Assembly (NCBI GenBank): GCA_023645945.1
Contig: JALAIB010000056.1
Span: 1 to 38,454, forward strand
Length of the DNA: 38,454 nt
Source of the DNA: Diploschistes diacapsis
Lineage: Eukaryota
Direction of reading: 5' to 3'
Below, piece after piece: positions 1-10,939 of the stretch. The first letter of the stretch is position 1; the number at the start of each line of letters is the position of its first letter. The notes under the pieces are model-generated. The model searched no databases. It was not told the DNA's origin and saw only the letters and a program-made list of their open reading frames with translations. The translations under genes were made by a program, and so were the position numbers.

Positions 1-523
1 GCCTATAATAGCGATCGCTCGGTTATACTACCAGATATATTCATTCTTAAGGGTGTTTAAATATTATAATCTCTATTTCTATAATATAGACACGAGGTAT
101 TAATTAAAGTAATTTGGTTTCTATTAAAAAAAGTAAAATAAAAAAAGAAGTAAATCGGTTATAGATTTATATTAATTTTTAAAAAGATTATTATCCGTTA
201 ATAAAAGATAACGAATATAGATTGATCTAGAGTAATTTTTAAAGATATTTATAAAAATGAACACGTCTCGATTTAAGGGAACTATAACGGTGTTTTTATA
301 TAGTTTAAGGCGATAATTATTCGCCGACAGTAGAATTGCTGCGAAAGAATTGTTATTAATAGATAGTTGTTTAGGCAGATTTGTTTTTAATAGATGTCTG
401 TTATTGAATATCTGTTAATCACGTGACCTAGCGTCCGTGGTTGGCTATATAAAAGGAATGGTTGGGAAGTGCCCGACTAGCTGTGACGTGCCAGGTGACT
501 GCCTAGTACCCTGGATCGTAACA
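1..523. mobile_element. AT-rich, RIP-like transposon relic ending in a probable LTR terminus (truncated by window edge)
   Basis: Bases 1-410 are very AT/TpA-rich with no ORF >=60 aa. The segment ends at ...GGATCGTAACA (523), which reads TGTTACGATCC... on the minus strand, a TG...CA-type LTR end. TGTTA at 351 and TAACA at 519-523 are inverted. TATA-like TATATAAAAG near 446. No target-site duplication is visible. Confidence 0.5.
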
Positions 524-715
524 ATACGTTCTCTATTAATGCTATCAGGGTTCCGCGTATTCTAAGCGCAGACTTTATAAATTTCTATTGTTAAGATAAT
601 TGTTCATTCAAACTAGCTTTTATAGATATAGGCATAATATTCTATTATAGACATTTTATAATCCCGTGTATATATTATCCATGTATCAAACAATTTCAAT
701 GAATTCCTTCGTGTT

Positions 716-808
716 GCATCTTTGGCGCAATGGTAGCGCGCTTGTCTTCTATCATTGGGAGCATTTTATATAAACAAGAGGTTGCGGGTTCGAGTCCCGC
801 AAGATGTA
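716..808 (+). tRNA. tRNA-Arg(TCT): tRNA-Arg (anticodon TCT) with a 21-nt intron (752-772)
   Basis: Full cloverleaf: acceptor GCATCTT/AAGATGT; D-arm GCGC-AATGGTA-GCGC; anticodon stem CTTGT/ACAAG with CT-TCT-A (anticodon 748-750); intron after position 37; T-arm GCGGG-TTCGAGT-CCCGC; discriminator A808. Confidence 0.93.
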
Positions 809-811
809 TTA

Positions 812-821
812 TTTTTCTTTT
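812..821 (+). terminator. RNA polymerase III oligo-dT terminator of the tRNA gene
   Basis: TTTTTCTTTT beginning 4 nt after the tRNA discriminator base. Confidence 0.7.
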
Positions 822-2873
822 ACACACTAGATCATATCTAATGAACCATTGCTTTACTATATTTTATACTCAAAAAGCTTTTTTGTCTTTGAAGGTAACT
901 TAAGTTGTAATATGATGTTCTCGTTATCTATTGGCATTCTATCTATTCTATTCTGTCCAGCACGTTTCACGACTACAGTTCCCTGATTTAAAAAGCCTAT
1001 CATCTATCTATCTACGTCTAAAGAAATCTATTCAACTAGGAAGCATAAGTAACCTTCCAAGCAATCCAAGATACTACAGTCAAGCGGAAAGGCTGGGCTA
1101 GATCTCACGATTTTGGCATCAGACTTTGCAGGCAATAAGGTCTCACAATAGTCAAAATGAGCTCAGTGCTCCCTCTCCGCTCATTCAGTATCTTTGAAGG
1201 GTTTTAGGGAAAGCAATATGGCAACACACAAATTGGGCCCTACTGGCTCTCAACATTGAAAGATCCAGGCCTGCCGGTTCTATCATCCTGAATCTGAAAC
1301 ACTGTAAACGTAGAGCGGCCATGGAAGCTCTAGGGTTGCAATTGATTTTGTTGTTCAGTATCTACTGCTATTCATCTGGTTACTCTTACAGAAGTGCTTG
1401 AGAAACTATGGAACACTCGAACAACGGAACTGTTATCTTCTACCATTGAAGCATATTTTCTGCCTCGCTGGGAGTTATATCAGCCTACAAAATATCAGTA
1501 CTTGAGGGGAAAGTCACGAAGCTATGCTCCGATAAGTAGATGCTGACATTGTTTAAGTGGTATAGGAAAGCCTGATGGCACTCGTTCGAGCGTTCGTATT
1601 TAGACGCTCAGTGCAAGCGACCGACTATCAGTTGCAATGGTATTTCCCGAATTTGACCAGGAAATTAATTTCCGAATCGCATCCAACCTACCAATGAGCT
1701 GCATAAGAGCCTCGTCAATACGCGGGCTAGGGGTTGAGCATCTCATCTTGCTAACAATAAAATGTAATGAAAGATCTGGACATTATTAAGGTTTCATGGC
1801 CATAGAAGTATATATTCGGGTTATACCCAAGGACGGGACTGGGAATCATTTCTTGGATCTTGTGGAGTTTCCCTAGAGGGGTTAACTTCGCATAGGCACG
1901 CCCTCCAGTCGGAATGGACAATGAATTGAAGCTCTATCCTCAGAAAACTGAACGATATTAGCTGTTTCATTCTGAACAGAAGCACCGAATCGCAAAAATA
2001 TCGGCTGACGCAGACTAGGGAAGCCGGCTGCCCCAGGATGACAAGTTAATCATTCAGCTAGAGAATCGCAGATGTCAGTGCATCAAAGGTTTGTCGCTGA
2101 GCATATTCCTACATAACCTATCGTATAATTAGAAGAGCTTCTAGGCCCATTATGTAGGTACAGAGGGCCTGGTCATGGTGCTAACCCTTTGATATCTTGC
2201 CACAAAGAACAGTAAACCCCTGCACGATGCAACACCGGCTATAATTGTATTTTCTTTGGTTGACCAGATCTCGCATCGGCCTGCTTTGGATACCCCCCGC
2301 CTAGATCAAGTATCAAAATGCAGGCTTGAGAGAACAAAGTGTTTACCCCGAAATACGGCAAAATATGAAGCAGAATGGCGAAGGAGTAATGAGCGATAGA
2401 AGCGCCTCTAAGAAAGACTTGATTTCAAATGGACCAACGATCACCCCTGCGTGTCCACAAGTGATCTCCTAGCCTAAAAGCGGTTCCCACCACACAATAC
2501 ACGTCCTTAGTCATCCCTATAGGTATCCTCAATCACTGTTTCCAAGTCATCGGTAAAGTAGGAAGAGAACCCTAAGTGAAGGCTAGATTGTCGTTAATTT
2601 GGAAACTTCCGAACGTAGGCTAGCCTTTGTCTGGGCCATCATGGTTTCATCTTTTTGAACTGAGACTCATTTTCGGTTCTGTGAATTATCATGATCACTC
2701 AGTTTTGAGAGAAGAGCTGAAGCGTTGACCAGGATCTGCAAGCTGACCCAAATATGCGAATGATTCCATTGAGGAGGATGTCAGTCATTGAATGTCCTGG
2801 AGCACTCTCTCCAAGTTGGGGCCTTTGGTCAAATCTTGCGGACGACTCTGGTAGCTTGGAGCCAAAATTCAGT

Positions 2874-5800
2874 CTATTTACCGGCTGTTTCCCTGTGATG
2901 CTCTTCTAGCATACTTTGTCTCTTCACATATTCCATCACGACTCTCTCCTCCTCCTCACCTTTCCTCCTCTCCTTTTGGTACTCTGCTGAGCCCTCTAGC
3001 GACTCCGCGATCGCTTTGGCTAGCTCGCTGTTGCTGGCTTGCTCAGCATGATACTCGTGCTTAGAGTGCTCGATGGCTTGCTTAACGTTCTCGTCGTCAT
3101 CTGTATCAATATCAGGATTATCGCTATGCCGCTCTGATGAGTCTTCTTGCACACGCAAGTTCCGCTGCACTGTGAGGTGAAGATCTTTGTCTGATGCTGA
3201 CTTATTTGACTGATGGCCCGAGTGGTGGCTGTGATCACCGAGTCTTGCTCTGTTCGCCTCTTCAATGCTGGCAGTAATAGCATTCTGCAGAGCCTTGTCT
3301 CCTTGACCCTCTCGGGCTGCCTGACGCAATTCCGCAATACTTGCTTTAATAGCACGTGCTATCCACTGGTCTTCCTCCGCGTTCCCAGTTGAGGTGGCGA
3401 CTACTGACTCTTTAATGGCTTCATCAAAAGCTTCATCGCCTGCCTGGCCCAAGAGGGGACCGGTCGACTTCGTTTCCTGGTGAAGCGTAGATGATGGACT
3501 TGAACTTTTGTCTGTCTGGTTTGACTCACCAGTTTCCCACCCCTTGAGATTTTTGGAAGAATCAGTACAAGCAGCTCCCCATCGCTTGACGATGTCAAGA
3601 CGCTCCTCTGCGCTTGAGCTATCCAAGTCCTCGTAACCTTGAGCAATTCGGGCTGCTATAATGTAATTCTGGACACTGTATCCAAAGCGCTTAACCATTT
3701 CTTTATAGAGCCCTTTGAACGTGTATCCAGGCAAGCCCCATACGGCTGAAGCTGTTAGACTATTATCTGTGGGGAAAGGACCCAGGGTGGCTTACCTGCG
3801 GCAGGCTTGAGCATCAGCCCGCCAATACCTTTACCAAACCCTTTTGCAAGACCGGCAAAGCCCTCCTTCTTTGCACCTTCGAGGGGTTGAGTGAAAAGTC
3901 CGGAGATGCCATCATAGAAGCCGAACCCGAACTCCTGCATTAAAAATCAGTAGTGTTTGGTAGCATACGTAGAGGACCGACCTTTCCTGCGGCTTTTAAA
4001 CCACTCTGGAATCCGGTAATGGGCTCATGTGGACGCACAGTCGCGTCGCCATATAGACGAGGCGCATTGTGGAAACCCTTAGCCAGAGACAAGGTGAAGT
4101 CCATAGGGGACTTGATACCTGCATCCACAACCCTACCAAATCCTTTCCCTGCCCCTATGGCATCGCCCAAAGTTACACCTTGGTGATTCTTGGACGTTCT
4201 TTCCGGCGACTGAGATTCTCTAGAAGATTGCGATAATCTGTTTTGGAAGGGAGACTCTCGTTCGGAACTTTTATGGGCAGAGACACTTGTTGATGGAGGA
4301 TCGCTCCCGGTGCGATGAGTGACACCATTCAAGGATACCTCCAGGGTACTTCCAGGTTCAGATTCCTCACGAGCCTCTGCATGCGCTGAACCATCGTCTG
4401 CGTCACGCTTACCCGATTTAGAAGCTTTCCGAGGTATTGCCTTGAAGATGTCAACAGGCACGTCAGCGACGCCCATCATGAGACCACTGATGGTTCCCAT
4501 AAGAGCTGAGGCAGCTCCACTTATGGGTTCCAATGGTCCATCCTCTCCATCATACTCTTTATAGCGGTATCTGCCGACTATTGGTTAGTCGGAAACCAAG
4601 GGCTAGATGAAGGGCATCAATCAAGGTACACTTACAGCCTAAGTTGGTCAAAGTCTAGCAACCCTTCTTTTCCTAGAATGGCAGCAGCGAGGCCACTAAG
4701 CCTGATGTCTGTTTTCTTAACTTGCCAAAGGGCCGTGCGACTAGGTGCTAAAGAGCAGCGCAGCGAGTCAATCTCTAAGGCATCATGAAAACTCTTGGCA
4801 CCGACGTCCGACCCCTTTTCAGATGCAATCATGGAGCCGAGCTCCTGTGCTCTTTGAAGGGTTTCTGGTCTCAAAGCCATCCTGATGGCATCCGCAAGAT
4901 TGTCTGCAGTTAGCTGTTTATGATGGATTGGCTCCGGTCCAGCGCCGGCTTTAGCAATCATAGCACCCCAGAAGGGCTGGTCTCCGAAGAAGGGCACAAC
5001 AACCGTTGGTTTACTTAGGGCGATTCCCGCTGCGGTTGTGCCTGCGCCGCCATGGTGGACAACACATGACACATGCTTGAAGAGCCAGTCGTGAGGAACG
5101 TTGCCCAACATGAAGACTCCGTCCGGAATGCCAAGCTCATCCGCCCCAACACCCCCCCAACCTTTGGACACCAACGCCCTCTGCCCAGACTTTCTCACAG
5201 CTTCAAATATTAGCCTCGTCATACTACTCGGGTTGTCCAGAACAATGGACCCAAACCCAATGTATACAGGGGGAGGGCCGGATTGTAGGAAATCCCAAAG
5301 ATCATCGGCAGGGTGGTATGCTTGAGCAAGCGAAAGGAAATAGAACCCAGATATAGAAATATGATGGCCCCAGTCTTGCGGTTTAGGTATGAGTGCCGGG
5401 GACCTACAAGCATTAACCTCGATAATGCTAAACAGCATCAAAACTCACCAGCAGTATGTGTAAGGGATTTTAAGACGAGACACTAATACTGGTGCGCGGA
5501 TAAGGTCTATGGGCTCAAGTCCGAGAACATTTTCTCGGAATCTGTTGATAATATCTCCCAAACCCTGCCAAGTCATCATCTCTACGATAGCATAGCTGAC
5601 AAAATTGGTGATGCTCGCATCCGCATTCGATGACTGAATATTCGCAAGTGGATGAGGAAATGCCTGAGTTGGTGACCATGGCATACTAGATCTACATTAG
5701 CGTTACGCACAATATTGTGATCATCCTAACCCTTACGTGAACATAAGATGCAGGGGAACACCAAGCTTCTCAGCAATATGGACGTGAGCGAAGCTTGGTG

Positions 5801-6808
5801 GGTTGGCAATGATCGCGTCTGCCACAAACGGCCTGGGACTTCTACTGAACCCTTCGGCTGGTTGCTCATCAGAAATGGCGATACCTGTGCCGTCTCCCGC
5901 TTCAAAACATGATCTCCAGCAGCCTCGGATAATTTCATACATCCCTTTTCGTCGTTTACCTACGTCACCACTGCGGAGCGCGTCTTTGCCGGGCATCAAC
6001 CCAGGGTTTTTGACCATAAAGGCCATGAGTTCAGCCGGGTCTCCCCCAATGCTGAAGAATTCCAGCCCATTCTCTTCCACGAAAGTCCGAAAAACAGGAT
6101 GCGTGGCTAACCTGACTCTGTGCTGATATGTCTTCTTGAGGACCTTGCCTAGGGCCACAAACGGCTGCACGTCTCCCCTTGAGCCTACCACGTGTATGAC
6201 TACATTGAATGGGGGCGGAGGAGTACCTTGGCCTGGAACACCTCCAAGAGACGGCGGCACGTATCCTGGTGGAAGGCTACTTGGCTCTTCGGTCCGTTGC
6301 AACTTAAGTTGGCTTCTGAGAGCTGGCACTAAAAGGGTTGACAGTCTATTTGTCTTCTGATCAAATCGAATATTCACCCTGCCATCACCTAAACTCGTAA
6401 GTCTGGTTAATTTCCATCATTGGGGGCACTTCGAAGTACTTGCGACGTCGGCATTAGTATCTAAGCCGTCTTGGCTAAAAGTGACGCTATTATATGATCC
6501 TTCGTAGGGCGGTGGAGGAGCGTTGGTCCCTGGACTCTGTATATTGTCGGTATCCCAGCTTTCACTGACTCGTCTAGGAGATATTCAAAAGACTCCTTCA
6601 ACAGCTGCGCGAATACTTACTGTGATGCGGTATGCCGCGATGCAAGCTGGGTCTCTGGACCTCCTGCTACACTAGGCTGGGTTCCAACTGGTCCTCGACC
6701 AGCCATGTCATGGTTGCTGGTTTCGGTGGCAATCGCTTGTGCCTGTGCTATAATCGCATCTGGCAGCCTCCTCTCAATCCCAACTTCGTTCCTTGAGCTG
6801 GATGCCAT
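2874..6808 (-). CDS. UDP-glucose:sterol glucosyltransferase-like GT1 protein (8 exons) with Gly-rich segment and UIM-like C-terminal repeats
   Basis: Motifs VVGSRGDVQPFVALG, IIANPPSFAHVHIAEKLG, PVYIGFGSIV, VPHDWLF..VVHHGGAGTTAAG, VPFFGDQPFWG. Seven GT-AG introns (e.g. 6620-6574, donor 6439, donor 3981) join the ORF fragments in frame. No PH/GRAM region seen, so not called ATG26. Confidence 0.92.
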
Positions 6809-7004
6809 GGCTAGGTCATGATATGAGGGTCAAAAACATGGGATTGTGTCATCAGTAAGTTCCTGTAATCATGTACATGTTGTGTTCCAGTTCATGCTGT
6901 TCCCAGTCTCAACAGTTTCCGAGCCAAATCAAGCATAAGATAAACATTATGCAACGTACTTCGTCATCAAATGACGTAACTTATGAAATAATGCACTCAC
7001 GTGA

Positions 7005-7300
7005 TAAATAATAATGTTGAGCTTTTAAATTATAAGAAGACCCGTATGATAATAAAATTCGTGTTATAATAAAGTTTCGTATTAACTTATATATATTTAT
7101 TATTTAATATAACTTTAATTTTTAATTTTTATATATTAGAATCTTAAGTTGTAATTATAACTTTAATTTATACATAAATTGCTAATAAATCTAAGTTTTT
7201 AGATTAAAGGTGGTTTTTCTACCTGAGCCATCGTTAAAATTTATGACCGTCAACATTTCGGTCAGAATAACTGCCCCCAACATGTTAGGGGTTTGATAAT
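7005..7300. mobile_element. AT-rich island, possible RIP-degraded repeat fragment, in the divergent GT1/TIM10 promoter
   Basis: Bases 7081-7140 contain only 3 G/C in 60 nt, in sharp contrast to the flanks. TpA-rich. No family-diagnostic sequence recognised. Confidence 0.35.
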
Positions 7301-7552
7301 ATCCAATATCGGTCTCTTGGTTGTATCTTTCTTCTGCTATCGATGTCTTGCCTTGCCATAACTCTAATACTAGTCTCCCATTCATAGCGAGCGTCTCAAC
7401 CAGCGCGCTCCCGACTATATACTTCCTCTGCCATTCGAGCCCCCATTACTATAGCCCCTACAGGCCACATAGTTTGCACCTCTGGATTTATCTTCCTCAC
7501 TCTTACGTCCAGTGCCGGAAAGTCTTCCTCCAAACCTTCTTGCAGCTACAGA

Positions 7553-7908
7553 ATGTCATTCCTCTTTGGTGCCGGTCGGCCACAGCCAACATCGGCCGAG
7601 AAGATTGCAGCTGCAGAAACAGAGATCGAGATGGTTTCTGATATGTTTAATAGGTCTCTATTCTTCGGAGCCTAAATTCTATCTGAAATACAACTAATGT
7701 GACCTTATCTAGGCTCACGCAGTCCTGCGCTAAAAAATGCATTCCACCAGACTATCGAGAAGCAGATCTGAACAAAGGTGAATCCGTGTGCCTCGACCGC
7801 TGTGTATCAAAGTTTTTCGAAGTCAACGTGAAGGTCAGCGAGAAGATGCAGAGCGACGCAGCAGGCAGACAAGGTGTTGGATCTGGGGGCCTTGGGTTTG
7901 GAGTATAA
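7553..7908 (+). CDS. TIM10: Mitochondrial intermembrane-space small Tim chaperone Tim10 (2 exons; intron 7654-7712)
   Basis: Spliced protein [43 protein letters not shown]...[18 protein letters not shown], with the twin CX3C motif. Confidence 0.96.
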
Positions 7909-8102
7909 TCGATGTACCCCGAAGACATATTTGTGAATGGCTGCCAACACCCTTGGTATTTGAATACAATTAGACAAAGCTGGATGGAACGTAGCTCTCA
8001 CATAATTAACTGGCAAGCTCACTCGTTATTTCTTTTTTATGGTGGCATTATTACTCTCTTCATTCTCAAATCCTGCTTCGTACAAATGAACAATACTGCT
8101 CT

Positions 8103-10657
8103 CTACTTAATTCCCGTGAAGAACTTGAACATACGCCAGATCATCGATTTTCCTTCCAGCTCTTCCGCATCCTGATTTCGCGCCCTCTCCTCTAGTGAAA
8201 ACACTTGATCTTCGTATTGGCTCACGCCGTCCTCCACATCCTCTACCTTGGAGTCCAGGCCATTGATCTCATAGTCCAGCTTCGCCATAAGACCTTCTAA
8301 TTTGAACAAGATGTCCCTGGCGGATGCTTTGCCATCCAGGACTTGGTCCACCATCGCTTGCTTCAATGCACTATGATCTACGACTGAGTCAATGTAGCCT
8401 CCATTTGCTCGCACATGTTCGGCCAGAATGTGCTGATCCGTATTTCGAAGGTCCTTGAAATTTTGTTGAAAGATACTATAAAGTGAGGATTCGGCACTAA
8501 CAAGCTTGTCAGTTAATTGTGTGGCCGCAATCCTCCGATATTGAGCTTCCGAATAAGAGAAACCTGAATTCCCCAGCTCACCAATGGCGTCCTTACCATG
8601 TGAAGCTTGACTGGACATGAGCCCTGAAGAACCGACTAGTCTTGGGACGGATAGGCTTCTGTATTGCCGGCAAGCCTGTGGATTCTGCCTGGCAGGCTCA
8701 ATAGTCGAAACAACCATACTTCTCGACCGCAGCAATAGGGAGCTATGGGATTCGAGAATTGCCTTTGACACCACTTCGTGATCCCCTATGGGGTTTGTGC
8801 CGTCGGTTGGTACAACGACGGACTTATCGATGTGGTCCGACAAAAGCAACTGTGTCAGATGCGAAGGTATACTGACGCACAATGCAGACTTTGGTTTGTC
8901 CCGTGTAATACTCTGGGCTTTGTCGAACGTAGCTCTTGATTTCGGCCCCAATGCCTCCGTTACTGTTTCGAAGGTGTTATCATTGACCGCAAATTCGTCA
9001 TTAGATGATGCGAGAGCATCCACGTCTTCGTGGTCATTGCCAGAAAGCTCATCTCTTTCCGAGCTGGTCGAGCGTATCTCCTCCATTACACTTCCACTAA
9101 AAGAATCACTGCCAAAACCAGTATCTTGATCCCTTGACAATTGACTAGAATGACCTCCTATATGAGGTATGCCAACGACATCCTCGAATCTCTCAGCCCC
9201 AGATCTGGCATTGTTCACGCGCACTGTAGCATTTTTCAAAACATTTTTTCGGAGTAGCTGGTCCTTATCTGATTGGATGAGACTAAGTTGAGAACTAGTA
9301 AAGCTTGACAATGGAGGATCCTTTTGCGCGACTGCTGAGGATAGATGGGCTCTGTCGCCTTGTGAGTCCCTTTTCCAATGTCTTTTGCTGGTGGCCGTGA
9401 CTTTGTTGTCCCTGAACACAGGCTCTTCTTCACTCGTGGAAAAATTCGACGAACCCTTAGGTTTATTCTTTCGTGGCTTGCCCTGCCAGAGCCACTTGCA
9501 ATGTTCACCAGAGATGACCTTAGCAAAGGTACTTATCTCTAACGTCTCAACTTCAGCGATACTCTTTTTGTCTCGAGCGCCTACCATTCCCATGACCATT
9601 TCTCCGCCCTTACCACCAAGTTCTGTTACCGTAGACTTTACTGCTCTGGGGACTGCCCACCTCTCACTATTGACAGCCTTAGAGGTGTTTCTGTGTAGAC
9701 GATGCAAAGTGTGGCGATCCAGACGTCTTGTTCTTTCTATCTTGTTCCATTTCTGGAAATGTTCTATTCCCCTTTTCGTGGCTTGGAGATCGAAGACGTC
9801 CTTATTAACAGGAGCATTGCAGTAACGTAATCGGTTTCTGGCTCCCAGCAATAGACCAAGTAATGCCGATACTGTAACAGGTCCCAGAACGCCATCATTT
9901 GGTTCAACATTGAAGTACTCTGTACCTATTTCTGCCCACCACCTTTTGACAGCCGTGATGGTGACATCACAAAGAAGTCCATCGGTAAACTCTCGAGCAA
10001 GCTGTCTAAAGAGAAATAGTGCAAGCTGACATAGCCTCACAAGCTCAATAACCGCATCTTCAACCAGCACACGGTCACTGGTGCAATATAATTGGCGGAA
10101 CTTGGCCTGTGTCGCTCCAGTGGGATGAGTGAGGCTCAATCCAGCCCTTCCAGAGCAGCCCATGCGTTTGAGGTTCTCGTTCAATAAGAAAACATCTTCG
10201 TACGCGCGGAAGTCTCCACCCGGTATTGCAATCACGGTCAAAGTAGAGGGGAAACTACTGAGATTGGTGACCATCAAAGTGCCAAGGGGCGTTTCATGCT
10301 TCCGCGCATGAAGTTGAGATACATGTTGAACGAAGGCGCGCAGCCTTTCTGTCCAGTCCTCCTCTGCAGCAGGGACACTGACAACACTGACAATGCATTT
10401 GTGTTGCGAAAGCCCAGTAAATGTTGTAATCAAGGAGATAAGGTAGTCTCGCGAACAAGCCCATTGCTCGACTATGTATATTTCATAGCCATGTAGCACC
10501 TCACGTTTACTTACAACAAAAGTGCAGGGATCTTCTTCAAGTAAACTGATTAGGAGATCTTAGTTAGTTGGAACTTCAAACTCGACGCCACACTCTATTA
10601 CCTTAGTGCTTTCGGGTCAGTAAAGACCAGCTGTCTGCGCTGTTGGCGTACTGCCAT
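8103..10657 (-). CDS. Stb2/Stb6-family (Sin3-binding) protein; start codon uncertain
   Basis: Spliced N-terminus LVFTDPKAL-LLEEDP...LHGYEIYIVEQWACSR, plus NENLKRMGCSGR, DGLLCDVT, EPNDGVLGP and a C-terminal coiled coil. One intron near 10601-10546. Confidence 0.82.
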
Positions 10658-10939
10658 CGGCGTATCTGTATTGGGGAACGGACAATGGTGCTTGGTCTCA
10701 TCGTTCTCATTCGAAGCTTACCAAAAAGCCACTGACAACTATCCAAGGAAACTGACTCTGACCACTGCGCACGTATCGAAAGTACTTCAAGATGGGGGTC
10801 GTTACCTAAGCGGGTGGTTACCGTACACAAGGCTGAATCTTTACTTGCTTACGTCTCGGTTCCTAGTTGTTTACATGTAAGGACGTATGAAGTTTGAGCC
10901 CTTGATATACAGAACACCAACACTTCTCTAGCCCTGTAG

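Noticed and set aside
716..808. G1:T72 wobble pair in the tRNA as a RIP-leak (CpA to TpA) mutation or sign of a pseudo-tRNA
   Set aside because: All other stems and the A/B boxes are intact, and G1:U72 occurs in functional fungal tRNA-Arg(UCU).
830..2870. Possible decayed gene in the 2-kb gap (e.g. the frame from ATG 1914 interrupted only by TAG stops)
   Set aside because: Stop density is about what random sequence gives, and no motif is recognisable.
7191..7385. 64-aa minus-strand ORF next to the AT-rich island
   Set aside because: Short, no recognisable family, and it runs into low-complexity DNA.
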